A DNA stretch of 64,000 bases from Actinomycetota bacterium (GTDB lineage Bacteria; Actinomycetota; Actinomycetes; S36-B12). The DNA lies in assembly GCA_016717115.1 (NCBI GenBank), contig JADKGE010000003.1:85037-149036 (forward strand), written 5' to 3'. This document shows positions 24,325-34,108 of the stretch, piece by piece. The number at the start of each line of letters is the position of its first letter. Positions within the stretch are counted from its first letter, which is position 1. A model generated the notes under the pieces. It was not told the origin of the DNA. It saw only the letters and a list, made by a program, of their open reading frames with translations, and made no database searches. The position numbers and the translations under genes were made by a program.

Positions 24325-24390
24325 GCCGAGTGACGCGCCCGCGGGGTGAGGAGGAGCGCAGCGACGGTTTCCCGAGACGGCTCCACACTA
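24325..24390 (+). repeat. Structured intergenic element, copy E (core only, A/D-type loop)
   Basis: CGGGGTGAGGAGGAGCGCAGCGACGGTTTCCCGAGACGGCT (24342-24382) aligns with copy A 1292-1332 at about 36 of 41 positions. The stem-closing CCCCG is TCCCG here (G-U wobble). It lies between two minus-strand genes. Confidence 0.6.
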
Positions 24391-24430
24391 CGAACGTCGG
24401 GTCATCGCGAGGGGCGCCATCACCGACCTG

Positions 24431-25513
24431 CTAGTCAGGCAAACGCTGGTGCTCCGGCTCCTCTCGCCGGCGGTACATCTCGCTGTCGGCCCGCGCGATC
24501 AGCGCAGCGACGTCCGAGTCACCCGGACCGCTGGCGAACCCCACCGTCACGGTTCTCGGCCACTCGCCGGACAGATCGTCCGCCAGTGCCAGGACGGCGT
24601 TCACCCGCTCGTTGAGCTCGTGGGCCGACCCCGACGTGCCCTCGCCTATGACGACGAACTCGTCACCGCCCCACCGGGCGATCAGGTCGTTCGCGCGCAC
24701 GCACTCGCGCAGGGCATTGGCGGTCGCGTTGATGACGGCATCCCCGAAGGCATGGCCGTGCCTGTCGTTCGCCTGCTTGAGACCGCGCACGTCGACGAAC
24801 CAGACCAGGACCTGGTCGCTCGACCGGAGCGCCGTGGCAGACATCGAGGGGATCGCCCGTTCGATGCCGTTGCGGTTGAGCACGCCGGTCAGTGGGTCAA
24901 TGGTTGCCTGACGGTCCAGCATCGCCTGCGACTCGGCAAGGTCGTCGAGTGCCTTCATGCGCAGGCGCAGCAGGACGGAGCTGATGAGTAGGCCGGCGAC
25001 GCAGACGAGCGCGCTGTCGATGACGACGACCCCCGGCGTTGAGGCGAAGACCACGATCACGATGGCGAGCATGGCGGCCCCGGCCACCCAGAAGACCGGC
25101 CAGGCGTGAGTGAGGGGGCCGAACGCCGTCATCACGGCCACGATGTAGGCCAAGTTTGGCGGAGTGGGCTGGTGGAAGAAGACCAACGCCAGCATCGCGA
25201 CGAGGATGAGGCTGCAGGAGGCCCACACCCAGGGGACGAGGGCCTCCCGGACGACGTTGCGCCGGACGGCCCACGCCAGGCCGAGGAACAAGGGGCCGAA
25301 CACGAGGTTGGTCGCCCACGCCCACGGCGTCTCGCCCGGCAGCGTGAGGTAGTTGACCACCCCGAACACCAGGGTGAGCGCGCCAGCCCAGGTGAGGATC
25401 TCGGGGATCTGGTGCCGCGCAATGCTCAGGCGAAGGTCGCGGCGCTGCTCGTTGCTCGCGTGCCCGTCCATGTGCCACCCCGCTTCCGAGACTAGAGGAA
25501 ACGGGAGCCTCAT
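24431..25513 (-). CDS. Membrane-anchored diguanylate cyclase (GGDEF)
   Basis: About 6 TM helices, then DPLTGVLNRNG...VDVRGLKQANDRHGHAFGD...ARWGGDEFVVIG. The start is either 25513 or the ATG at 25471. Confidence 0.8.
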   Translation of the reverse strand: MRLPFPLVSEAGWHMDGHASNEQRRDLRLSIARHQIPEILTWAGALTLVFGVVNYLTLPGETPWAWATNLVFGPLFLGLAWAVRRNVVREALVPWVWASCSLILVAMLALVFFHQPTPPNLAYIVAVMTAFGPLTHAWPVFWVAGAAMLAIVIVVFASTPGVVVIDSALVCVAGLLISSVLLRLRMKALDDLAESQAMLDRQATIDPLTGVLNRNGIERAIPSMSATALRSSDQVLVWFVDVRGLKQANDRHGHAFGDAVINATANALRECVRANDLIARWGGDEFVVIGEGTSGSAHELNERVNAVLALADDLSGEWPRTVTVGFASGPGDSDVAALIARADSEMYRRREEPEHQRLPD

Positions 25514-25647
25514 CGGGTGGTCAGGCGTTCCGCTGGTACCTGCGGTACGCCCGTGTCGTGACAGAACCAGTGACGAGCGAAGCGATGCAGATCAGTTCCT
25601 TGGAGCAGCTGCTCCACCGCGCAGATCTGCGGTCGCGGACGCCGCCG

Positions 25648-26454
25648 TCAGGCAGTGGCGGTGACGGCGGGACCCGGCGTTGCGGCCGCGCGGGCCCGGA
25701 CCGCGAGGATCGCGACCGCGCCGTAGTGCGTCGCGAACCCGACGAGCGTCATCGTGTGGAACGCCTCGTGGTAGCCAAAGGTGGCCGGGGCCAAGGCCGG
25801 ACGGTGCGTGCCGTACATGACGGCCCCCAAGGTGTACGCCGCGCCGCCCGCGGCCAGAAGCACGCAGGCCGTCGGCGAGACCGCCCATGCATGACGGACC
25901 CCGATCGCCCCGACCCACCCCAAGGCCACATAGCCGGCGGACGCCGTCCGGTTGGCCCGCCCCGTCGCTCGCAGGCCCGCTCCGACCGCTGCTGCCGCCC
26001 ACGCGGCCGGCAGCGCCCACCGAGTCGCGCGAGTGCTTGTCGTGTACGCCAGCACCGGGGTCGCGGTCCCGGCGATCAGTGCGTAGATGGTCGCGCGGTC
26101 CGCGCGGGACATGGCCTCCTGCGACGCGCGGGTCGCGGCGAACGTGTGGTACGCCGCGGACACGCCCAGCGTCGCCACGAGCGTCCCGCCATACAGCGCG
26201 ACCGGCCAGCGACGCCGGGGCGGCGCCAGGGCGACGAGGACGGCGGTGGCCGGGACCGCGGCGAGCAGGGCGTATGTGTGCTGGCGCCCGCGCCACGTCG
26301 GCTTCGCCACCCCGTCACCGCGGTGATCCGGGTGCGGGGCGGCGGACGGCCGCAGGGCCGCGCGGGCATGCGTGCTCAGGCCCGCCACCGTGCGCCGCCA
26401 CGCGGCCCGAGCCGCAGGCTCCGGCGACGAGGGCAGCCGCTCGAGGGAATCCAT
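25648..26454 (-). CDS. Hemolysin III / PAQR family membrane protein
   Basis: From the ATG at 26454: 7 TM helices with AAYHTF...MSRADRATIYALIAGTATP...GYHEAFHTMTLVGFATHY. Confidence 0.75.
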   Translation of the reverse strand: MDSLERLPSSPEPAARAAWRRTVAGLSTHARAALRPSAAPHPDHRGDGVAKPTWRGRQHTYALLAAVPATAVLVALAPPRRRWPVALYGGTLVATLGVSAAYHTFAATRASQEAMSRADRATIYALIAGTATPVLAYTTSTRATRWALPAAWAAAAVGAGLRATGRANRTASAGYVALGWVGAIGVRHAWAVSPTACVLLAAGGAAYTLGAVMYGTHRPALAPATFGYHEAFHTMTLVGFATHYGAVAILAVRARAAATPGPAVTATA

Positions 26455-26494
26455 GGACTCATCGTGCCGCGTCGGGGGTGCGGGTCGCAGCGGG

Positions 26495-26625
26495 GGATTC
26501 CACTTTGATCGGTATTGGCAACGTCCTCGTGGCGTCCGATCCGGCGGCATCGCACCGACCGGCAACAGGCCGGTGTCTCTGTCCGCGAGATCACGGAAGC
26601 GAACCGCGCGGAGGGTGAGGGTCTG
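26495..26625 (+). repeat. Candidate degenerate copy of the structured element (G)
   Basis: CCACTTTGATCGGTATTGGCAACGTCCTCGTGGCG resembles the A/B left module CCTGTTGATAGGCAACAAGTCCTCGAGGCG. It is followed by GTGTCTCTGTCCGCGAG and CGG-AAGCGAA-CCG-CGCGGAGGG in the expected order. Confidence 0.35.
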
Positions 26626-26685
26626 CGCGTCCGTCACGTCCGGGAGCACTACGTCGATTCGTTGCTCGGCCGCGCCCGGGGCGTA

Positions 26686-26832
26686 CTAGAGGTGGAAGTC
26701 CTGTCCGGGGGTGCAGGTGCATTCGGCGCGTGCACACAGCGGGCAGAGGGTGCGCCCGTGCCCACCGTCCGGGGACCGGTCAGCAGCGTCGAGTATCGCG
26801 TGGACTAGCGCTGTCAGCGGATTCTTCCTCAT
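26686..26832 (-). CDS. Possible 48-aa Cys-rich small protein
   Basis: ATG at 26832 lies 5 nt after GAGGAG. The ORF reads MRKNPLTALVHAILDAADRSPDGGHGRTLCPLCARAECTCTPGQDFHL, with CPLC-N5-CTC. Confidence 0.3.
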   Translation of the reverse strand: MRKNPLTALVHAILDAADRSPDGGHGRTLCPLCARAECTCTPGQDFHL

Positions 26833-27079
26833 GGCGTCTCCTCTGTGCTTCCATGATGCGCTCCCGCGGCCGCGCGTCAACATCCACGGCCCCGAAACGG
26901 GTGTGAGGTTGCTCGCGCACTGGAGCGCTATCGACGACGCACCGACCACGAGCGGACTCGATCCAGCGCGTGTGCCGGGAGATCACCGAGACCACACTCC
27001 CGCGCGAGACGACCCTCGCACGTGACACCCCATGTGCTGGGTAGTCAGTAGCTGCCTGCGCCGTGGCCCGGCACCCTGC

Positions 27080-27406
27080 CTAGACCGTGTGGGCGCGGCC
27101 CCAGCGGGAAAGTGCCACGAGCACGGGTTCGAGGGTCCGGCCGGCGTCCGTCAGCGAGTACTCCACCCTGGGCGGGACCTCGGCGTAGATGCGACGCTCA
27201 ACAAGCCCGTGGGCCTCGAGTCCGCGGAGCCGGTCAGTGAGCGTCTTGGGGCTGATGCCGTCCAACGAACGACGAAGCTCCCCGAATCGCTTGGTGCCGC
27301 CAAGGAGATCGCGGACGACGAGGATGGTCCACTTCCCGTCAAGGGCCACGAGCGCACGCGTGACGGGGCAACTGCCGTCTTCGCAGGGCTCAAAGTCGCT
27401 GGTCAT
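27080..27406 (-). CDS. HxlR-family transcriptional regulator
   Basis: CPVTRALVALDGKWTILVVRDLLGGTKRFGELRRSLDGISPKTLTDRLRGLEAHGLVERRIY. Confidence 0.85.
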   Translation of the reverse strand: MTSDFEPCEDGSCPVTRALVALDGKWTILVVRDLLGGTKRFGELRRSLDGISPKTLTDRLRGLEAHGLVERRIYAEVPPRVEYSLTDAGRTLEPVLVALSRWGRAHTV

Positions 27407-27505
27407 AGCAATAGTTCCCTTCAGGAAACTGGATTACAGATTGACAACTGATTCCCGATGGTACCTAGTGTGACGGGCCTATGCATTCGACAGAGGGGAT
27501 TCATC

Positions 27506-27910
27506 ATGCGAGGCCTACGATTCACGTTGCGATTCATCGCTGTGGTCCAGTTCTTCTTCGGCGTCCTGTTCACGTTCGCCCCCGGAGCCGCCGACGGTCT
27601 TCTTGGGCTCGAGCCGACGGCGCCGGGATGGGTCGAGTGGCTCTTCGTGATGATGGGCGCCCGATTCCTCGGCTACGGAGTGGGGATGCTCGTCGCGTCC
27701 CGCGATCCGCTAGCCCATCAGTCGTGGATCAACACGATGATCGGTATCCAGGTCATCGACTGGGTTGCGACAGTCGGATTCCTGCTGGCTGGTGACCTGC
27801 CGCTCAGCCACGTGCTCAGCGCCCTCGTCCTTCCGGTCATCTTCGTGGCCGCGCTGACGTGGTGGCATCCCCGACGCGCCGCTGGTGCTGCGGCGACGGT
27901 GCTGGCGTGA
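27506..27910 (+). CDS. Hypothetical 4-TM membrane protein, divergent from the HxlR gene
   Basis: ATG at 27506 follows GAGGGGA. The hydrophobic profile is clear, but no family was recognised. Confidence 0.5.
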   Translation: MRGLRFTLRFIAVVQFFFGVLFTFAPGAADGLLGLEPTAPGWVEWLFVMMGARFLGYGVGMLVASRDPLAHQSWINTMIGIQVIDWVATVGFLLAGDLPLSHVLSALVLPVIFVAALTWWHPRRAAGAAATVLA

Positions 27911-27915
27911 TCGCG

Positions 27916-28500
27916 ATGGAGTCCCAGTACCGCCTCATGTACCGGCTGGGCCTAACCCCCTGGGACCAGGACACGATTCCCACCGAGCTGACGCAGATGA
28001 TCGAAGGTGCCGGAGCGCAACCGCCCGGATTGGCCCTGGACATCGGCTGCGGCACCGGACGTCACGCCGACTACATGGCGAGCCGCGGCTGGCACGTTAC
28101 GGCCTTCGACGTCTCATCCCGAGCAATTGAGGAGGCCCGGCGACGGCGAGCCGACATCGATTGGCACGCCGTCGGGCTTGGCGCACCGTCGTTGGATCCG
28201 GTCCTTGGTCGCCTGGCCGGTCGCGTCACTCTGGTGCTCGACATCGGATGCCTGCACGGACTCGACACCCGGGGCCGCGCCGCGTGGGCATCCACCGTCA
28301 ACAGGGTGGCCGCGCCCGGGGCCCGCCTTCTGCTTCGCGCGGCACCGTCACGAGGGACCGGTTTCATCACCCCACGGGGGATCGATCCCGCAGAGGTCTC
28401 AGCCCTGTTGGGTCCCGAGTGGAGTCGGGCCGGCCACCCATCGCATCAGTGGGACGTCCATGTGAGATCCATTTTGGGGGCGCCTCCGTTCAGATGTTAA
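27916..28500 (+). CDS. Class I SAM-dependent methyltransferase
   Basis: ATG at 27916. Motif I LALDIGCGTGRHADYMASRGWHVTAFDVS, post-I and motif II LVLDIGCLHGL. Confidence 0.7.
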   Translation: MESQYRLMYRLGLTPWDQDTIPTELTQMIEGAGAQPPGLALDIGCGTGRHADYMASRGWHVTAFDVSSRAIEEARRRRADIDWHAVGLGAPSLDPVLGRLAGRVTLVLDIGCLHGLDTRGRAAWASTVNRVAAPGARLLLRAAPSRGTGFITPRGIDPAEVSALLGPEWSRAGHPSHQWDVHVRSILGAPPFRC

Positions 28501-28506
28501 AACTTG

Positions 28507-28535
28507 TTGACATGGAGTCAGGCACGCTTTACATT
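28507..28535 (+). promoter_or_regulatory. Near-consensus sigma-70 type promoter TTGACA-17 nt-TACATT
   Basis: TTGACA at 28507-28512 and TACATT at 28530-28535, inside a 65-nt AT-rich island. Flanking direct repeats TGTTAAAACTTGTTGACA and TGTTAAGAATGTTTGACA are candidate XRE operators. Confidence 0.55.
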
Positions 28536-28582
28536 AGGTGTGTTAAGAATGTTTGACAACACGTCGACCGCAGGAGGTCAAG

Positions 28583-29035
28583 ATGCCATTCGAGGAGAAG
28601 GCAACGTGGGTCAGTGTGGTGGTCGGACTGCTGGTGCCCGTCGTGTACTTCGCAACGGTGCTGCCCCAACTCGCCGACACCGCGGCGGCGGACATCGCGT
28701 ATCAGAGGTCCCTGATCATCGCCGTCATCGCGTCGATCATCCTCATCATCCTCGGCACCATCGCGATGGCGATCGCCACCGCCGTGGGCGCCGAGATCAC
28801 TGGGACCGGCTCTGTCGACGACATCGACCGCAAGGACGAGCGCGACGTCAGCATCAGCCGGCGCGGTGACGTGGTCGGGTACTACGTGGCCTCGATTGGG
28901 GCCGTGGGCGCGCTGATCCTCACCATGCTCGAGTACGACTACTTCTGGATCGCGAACACGCTCTACCTGTCGTTCGTGCTCGCCGGGTTCGTGGCGGGGA
29001 CCGTCAAGTTGCGCGCGTATCGCCGGGGCTTCTGA
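28583..29035 (+). CDS. Small membrane protein of the kind paired with short XRE regulators (DUF2178/DUF2975-type arrangement)
   Basis: ATG at 28583 lies 5 nt after AGGAGG. 4 TM helices. Its stop overlaps the XRE start (TGATG). Confidence 0.55.
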   Translation: MPFEEKATWVSVVVGLLVPVVYFATVLPQLADTAAADIAYQRSLIIAVIASIILIILGTIAMAIATAVGAEITGTGSVDDIDRKDERDVSISRRGDVVGYYVASIGAVGALILTMLEYDYFWIANTLYLSFVLAGFVAGTVKLRAYRRGF

Positions 29036-29259
29036 TGGTCCGGCCCACGCGCGTCACCAACCGGATCCGGGCCTTGCGGTTCGCCGCAGACGAGATGACC
29101 CAGGCTGACCTGGCCGACCTCGTCGGAGTGACCCGCCAGACCATCATCGCGATCGAGCAGGGCAGGTACTCACCCTCGCTGGAGGTGGCGTTTCGGATCG
29201 CCCACGCCCTTCGGGTGCCCCTCGCCGAGGTCTTCACCTATCCGCAGGAGGAGTCATGA
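29035..29259 (+). CDS. XRE-family HTH transcriptional regulator (74 aa)
   Basis: NRIRALRFAADEMTQADLADLVGVTRQTIIAIEQGRYSPSLEVAFRIAHALRVPLAEVF. Confidence 0.85.
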   Translation: MVRPTRVTNRIRALRFAADEMTQADLADLVGVTRQTIIAIEQGRYSPSLEVAFRIAHALRVPLAEVFTYPQEES

Positions 29260-29356
29260 ACGAGTTCCGCAATCAGACGTCGACGGCCATCACCGTCGGT
29301 GTGCTTCCCATCCTCGCAACCGCCGCAGCAGCTCCGAGACTCGAGGGGAGCCCATC

Positions 29357-30121
29357 ATGGGCATCGACCACCGCGTCCTGATCCTTGGCGCGACCGGCCG
29401 CACCGGCGGCTGCGCGCTCACGCAACTGCTCGAGCGCGGCGTGCCGGTGCGGGCGATCGTCCGCTCGGCCGCGCGCCTGCCCGAGGGATCTGTGGGCAAT
29501 CCGCTGCTCGAGGTGGTCGAGGCCGACGTGCTGGCGCTGCCGACTGAGGTGCTGGCCGAGCACCTGGCCGGCTGCGACACCGTCATCTCGTGCCTTGGCC
29601 ACACGATCAGCGTGCGCGGCGTCCTCGGGCCGCCCCACGACCTGGTCGGGCAAGCCGTGCGGCTCGTGCGCGACGCGGTTGACACCAGCCAGCGCAAGCA
29701 GTCCGCGGCGGGGCAACCCGCCGCACCGGTGCGCCTGATCCTCATGAGCAGCGTGTCGGTTAACCAGCCTGAGCGTGCTGACGCGCGGCGGGGTCGCGGC
29801 GAGCGCGCGTACATGTGGGGAATGCGAGCGCTGGTGCCGCCGGCGCGCGACAACCAGCGCGCCGCCGACTTCCTGGTGCATGAGGTGGGGCCCGCCGACG
29901 CCAACCTGCAGTGGGTGATCGTACGGCCCGACACCCTGACCGAGGGTGCGGTCGCCGAGTACCGCGTGCACGAGGCCCTGGTGTCCAGCCTCTTCAAGCC
30001 AGACAGCACCCGCATGTCCGAGGTGGCCCACTTCATGTGCGAACTGGCCACGGACGACGCGACATGGAAGCGGTGGCGCAGCCGGATGCCGGTGATCGTC
30101 GACGCCCAGCCGCCCGCCTGA
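29357..30121 (+). CDS. NAD(P)H-binding, atypical SDR / NmrA-like protein
   Basis: VLILGATGRTGGCALTQLLERGVPVRAIVRS is a Rossmann GxxGxxG. GAGGGGA lies upstream of the ATG. Confidence 0.7.
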   Translation: MGIDHRVLILGATGRTGGCALTQLLERGVPVRAIVRSAARLPEGSVGNPLLEVVEADVLALPTEVLAEHLAGCDTVISCLGHTISVRGVLGPPHDLVGQAVRLVRDAVDTSQRKQSAAGQPAAPVRLILMSSVSVNQPERADARRGRGERAYMWGMRALVPPARDNQRAADFLVHEVGPADANLQWVIVRPDTLTEGAVAEYRVHEALVSSLFKPDSTRMSEVAHFMCELATDDATWKRWRSRMPVIVDAQPPA

Positions 30122-30225
30122 CCCGGGCCGGCACCGCGGGGCCGATCGATCGGCGAGGGCGGCGTTCGGTCCGTGCGGGGCTGGAGCGAAGGGACACCCG
30201 GTGGCCCGGGAGGAAGAGTGGGGGC

Positions 30226-31479
30226 ATGAGATCACACCGCCTCTCTCGTCTTGGGATTGTCGTCGCAACCCTTGCGGCGTGGACGCTCAGCACGACAGCC
30301 ATAGCGCAGTTGACGCCCGCGGGTGCCGAGACAGTTGCGGCCAACGTCCAGGTGGACGTCGCTCCCGATAGCCAAGCGGTCGGCGCCGAGACGTCCGGGC
30401 GCGCGGTGGTCGTCATCGAGGGCGGCGGCAGTCCGCACCCGTTCACGAGTCCGTGGGCCGCGTGCGACGGCGGCCGGCCCCAGTACGTCCAGGCGCTGCT
30501 CGACGCCGGGTTGCCGGTGTTCACGGCGCCGGGGTTCGGCAACACGTACACCAGCACGGCTGGGCAATCGGGCTGCCCCCCGCAACCGCCGATCGAGGTT
30601 CAGTGGAACACGTCGGAGTACCCGACGCAGGCCGGCCAGGCGGTGCTCGGCCTGCTGGGGTATCTGCACGCGACCTACGGCTACCGCACGTTCGACCTCG
30701 TGGGATACAGCTACGGCGGCGTGGTCGCCCGGGCGACCGTGGCAACTCTCAAGCAGCGGCCGCCGGCGGGCACTATGGCGCCTGCGTTCTCATACGCCCA
30801 GGCCGCCGTCGACGCCGGCATCGTGATCCCCTCTCTCGTCACGCTCAACTCGCCGCATCTGGGTGGGCCGGCGTACGACATCGCGGCGGATCCGGCCGTG
30901 TACCTGCGGCCTGTCACCGAGGCATGGGGCCGCCAGTTCGCCAACTCGTCCAAGAGTCTCATCGAATTTCAGCGCACGGCGGGGGCTGGCTCCATCCACG
31001 TGCTCGTGACGAGTGCGCATGCGAAGCGCAACCCGGACAGCTGGGACGCCCAGCAGGTGGGCGTGCTCGATGGTGTCGCGCTCACGCTGATCGCGGGCGA
31101 CTATTGCGGCAAGACGTGCGGCGACGACCGCCCTTCCGCTGGTGGCGGCCCCAGGAAGAACCTGCGCACCGATGGGACGGTGCCCGTCTACAGCCAGCTC
31201 ATGCTGCCGTGCCCGACGGCGTGCCCCGCGCCGCCCGGGTCGGTCTACATCCCCAAGGGCCTGGTCCCTGAGGAGACCGTTGTGCGCAAGACGTTCCCCA
31301 CCGTGCACTCGACGTTCGTCACCAAGGGGCTCGGGCTGCCGGAGGCCCGGGCTGTCTCGCGGAACCCGGCCGCGATCTCCTACCTGGTGGCCACCATGGT
31401 CGCGCAGTGGCAGTCAGCGGGGCGAGGCTGCTGCCGCGGACCCGATGACACGACACGGATCTCGGCGGCTTGTGGCTAG
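30226..31479 (+). CDS. Secreted alpha/beta-hydrolase, lipase-like
   Basis: ATG at 30226 with a signal peptide. Nucleophile elbow DLVGYSYGGVVAR. The upstream part of track ORF 29911.. overlaps the previous gene and is probably not translated. Confidence 0.6.
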   Translation: MRSHRLSRLGIVVATLAAWTLSTTAIAQLTPAGAETVAANVQVDVAPDSQAVGAETSGRAVVVIEGGGSPHPFTSPWAACDGGRPQYVQALLDAGLPVFTAPGFGNTYTSTAGQSGCPPQPPIEVQWNTSEYPTQAGQAVLGLLGYLHATYGYRTFDLVGYSYGGVVARATVATLKQRPPAGTMAPAFSYAQAAVDAGIVIPSLVTLNSPHLGGPAYDIAADPAVYLRPVTEAWGRQFANSSKSLIEFQRTAGAGSIHVLVTSAHAKRNPDSWDAQQVGVLDGVALTLIAGDYCGKTCGDDRPSAGGGPRKNLRTDGTVPVYSQLMLPCPTACPAPPGSVYIPKGLVPEETVVRKTFPTVHSTFVTKGLGLPEARAVSRNPAAISYLVATMVAQWQSAGRGCCRGPDDTTRISAACG

Positions 31480-32311
31480 GCGTCGCGTCGCTTGAGAAGG
31501 TATCCCGCGACGAGGATCAGTGCGATGGTCCAGGCGGCGAAGACCCCGAAGCCCTGCCAGGCGGTCAGCAGGTCGGTGGGGGCCTGAATGGTGGTGGTGA
31601 TGCGTTGCCCTGCGTTGGTGGGCAGGTAGGCGTAGACGTAGCGTCCCCAGTCGCCGGGCAGCAGCAGGGCAAGGGGTGACAGGACAAGGACGAAGCCGAT
31701 GATGGCCGTGATCGCCCCGGCGGTGTGGCGCGGGAGCGCACCGATGGCGATGGCGAACACGCCGAGGAGGGCCGCATAGAGGCCGACGCCCAGAATGGCC
31801 TGCAGAACTCCCGAGTCGCCGAGGGAGACCTCAACGCGTGAGCTCAGGATGGCCGCACCGATCATGAAGGAGGTGAAGGCAGCGACTTCCGCGACGACGA
31901 AGACGAGCGCGGCGAAGACGAGCGCTTTGGCCACGAGCACGGGGGTACGCCGGGGCACGGCGAGCAGCGTGGCACGGATCGTGCCACTGGAGTACTCGCC
32001 GGTGACGATCAGGACGCCCAGGACGCAGATGGCGAGTTGGCTGAACTGGAATCCCGAGCCGAGGATCTGCCCGGTCGGGTCGAGCATGACGGCCTGACGC
32101 TGGCCGTCGGTCACGGCGGCCCACTGTGACACGGTCAGCCAGTTGAACAGTGCCGTGAAACTGATGGTGACAACGACCAGGGCGACCAGTGCCCAGATGG
32201 TGGAGCGGACCGAGCGGATCTTGGTCCATTCGGACTGGAGCTCGCCGGCGAAGTCGGCTGCTGCGGACGGAGGAACCGCGGTGGGTTGCGAGGCGGGCAT
32301 CAGGGTGGTGC

Positions 32312-32315
<4 letters not shown>
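31476..32315 (-). CDS. ABC-2 type transporter permease
   Basis: 279 aa with 6 TM helices. ELQSEWTKIRSVRSTIWAL is a typical N-terminus. Overlaps the ATPase stop by 4 nt. Confidence 0.75.
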
Positions 32316-33274
<959 letters not shown>

Positions 33275-33342
33275 GTGGTTCCTCACTGCTTGGCGTGCAT
33301 CGATGGACCGTCGATCGACGGTTCGTGGACGACGGGGCTGCG

Positions 33343-33546
33343 TCAGGGCGTTGGGGGGTGCTTCATGTCCCAGGCGGCGCCGAGGGCCATGCCCGAGCCA
33401 GTTCCGATGGCGAGGCCGAGTGCAAGCGCTGTGCCCCCGCCCATCAGCACACCGAACGTGACGCCTAGCCCAGTCCCGATGGCGATGCCGGTGCTCAGCC
33501 CAAGGGAACTCGGGGCCTTGTCGGGTTGGGCGGCTGGTGTGGTCAT
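33343..33546 (-). CDS. Glycine-zipper small membrane protein
   Basis: GLSTGIAIGTGLGVTFGVLMGGGTALALGLAIGTGSGMALGAAW. Overlaps the upstream gene by 4 nt. Confidence 0.45.
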   Translation of the reverse strand: MTTPAAQPDKAPSSLGLSTGIAIGTGLGVTFGVLMGGGTALALGLAIGTGSGMALGAAWDMKHPPTP

Positions 33547-33896
33547 GACTGGACCTGCCTGGTCTCGCGCCGGGCAGTCTCTGCGTTCCAGGCGTTGCCG
33601 TCCCAGTACCGCAACAGCGTGGCGTCATTGTGGTCGGGGAACCACCCGGGAAGGCGTGGGCCGGACGGCGGCGTTGGGTTCTCGGCACGTCGTGCCGCGT
33701 GCCACAGGCCGACGACGATCACGACGACGCCGCCGATCAGCATCACGACGCTGAGCATGCTGACCATGTCGCGCAGGAAGCCGACGGACATGGACAGCGA
33801 TACCGAGCGCGCTATCAACGCGATGAGGAAGAACAGCGCGCCGTAGAGGAGTTCCGATGTCGTGGTCATGCGCATCGTTCCGAATGGCTTGGGCAC
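33543..33896 (-). CDS. DUF2510-domain membrane protein
   Basis: C-terminal GWFPDHNDATLLRYWDGNAWN is the DUF2510 motif. Two N-terminal TM helices. Confidence 0.6.
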   Translation of the reverse strand: MPKPFGTMRMTTTSELLYGALFFLIALIARSVSLSMSVGFLRDMVSMLSVVMLIGGVVVIVVGLWHAARRAENPTPPSGPRLPGWFPDHNDATLLRYWDGNAWNAETARRETRQVQS

Positions 33897-34108
33897 GGAG
33901 CCCTCATTCCATAGGCGACGCTCCTGAGTGCGTGGTCACCATACGGGACCGCCAACAAGGCATCTGTCTTCGACGATAGCCCTATTCGCGCGGCCGAGCT
34001 CCCACTCGAGTGTCCGTTGGCGTCCGCCGTGTTGCTCGAATGCCGGCGAAACCGTTGCCCCGCAACGGATTTGACGGTGGCCGGGGAACTGCTTCATCGC
34101 TGTGAGAT

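Noticed and set aside
26941-27079. CCCCATGTGCTGGGTAGTCAGTAGC (about 27028-27052) resembles the CCCCATGTGTGGGCGCAGTCTCCTAATGC block of repeat copy B.
   Set aside because: Only about 17 nt match and none of the flanking modules or the core hairpin follows, so it is within chance expectation for this GC content.
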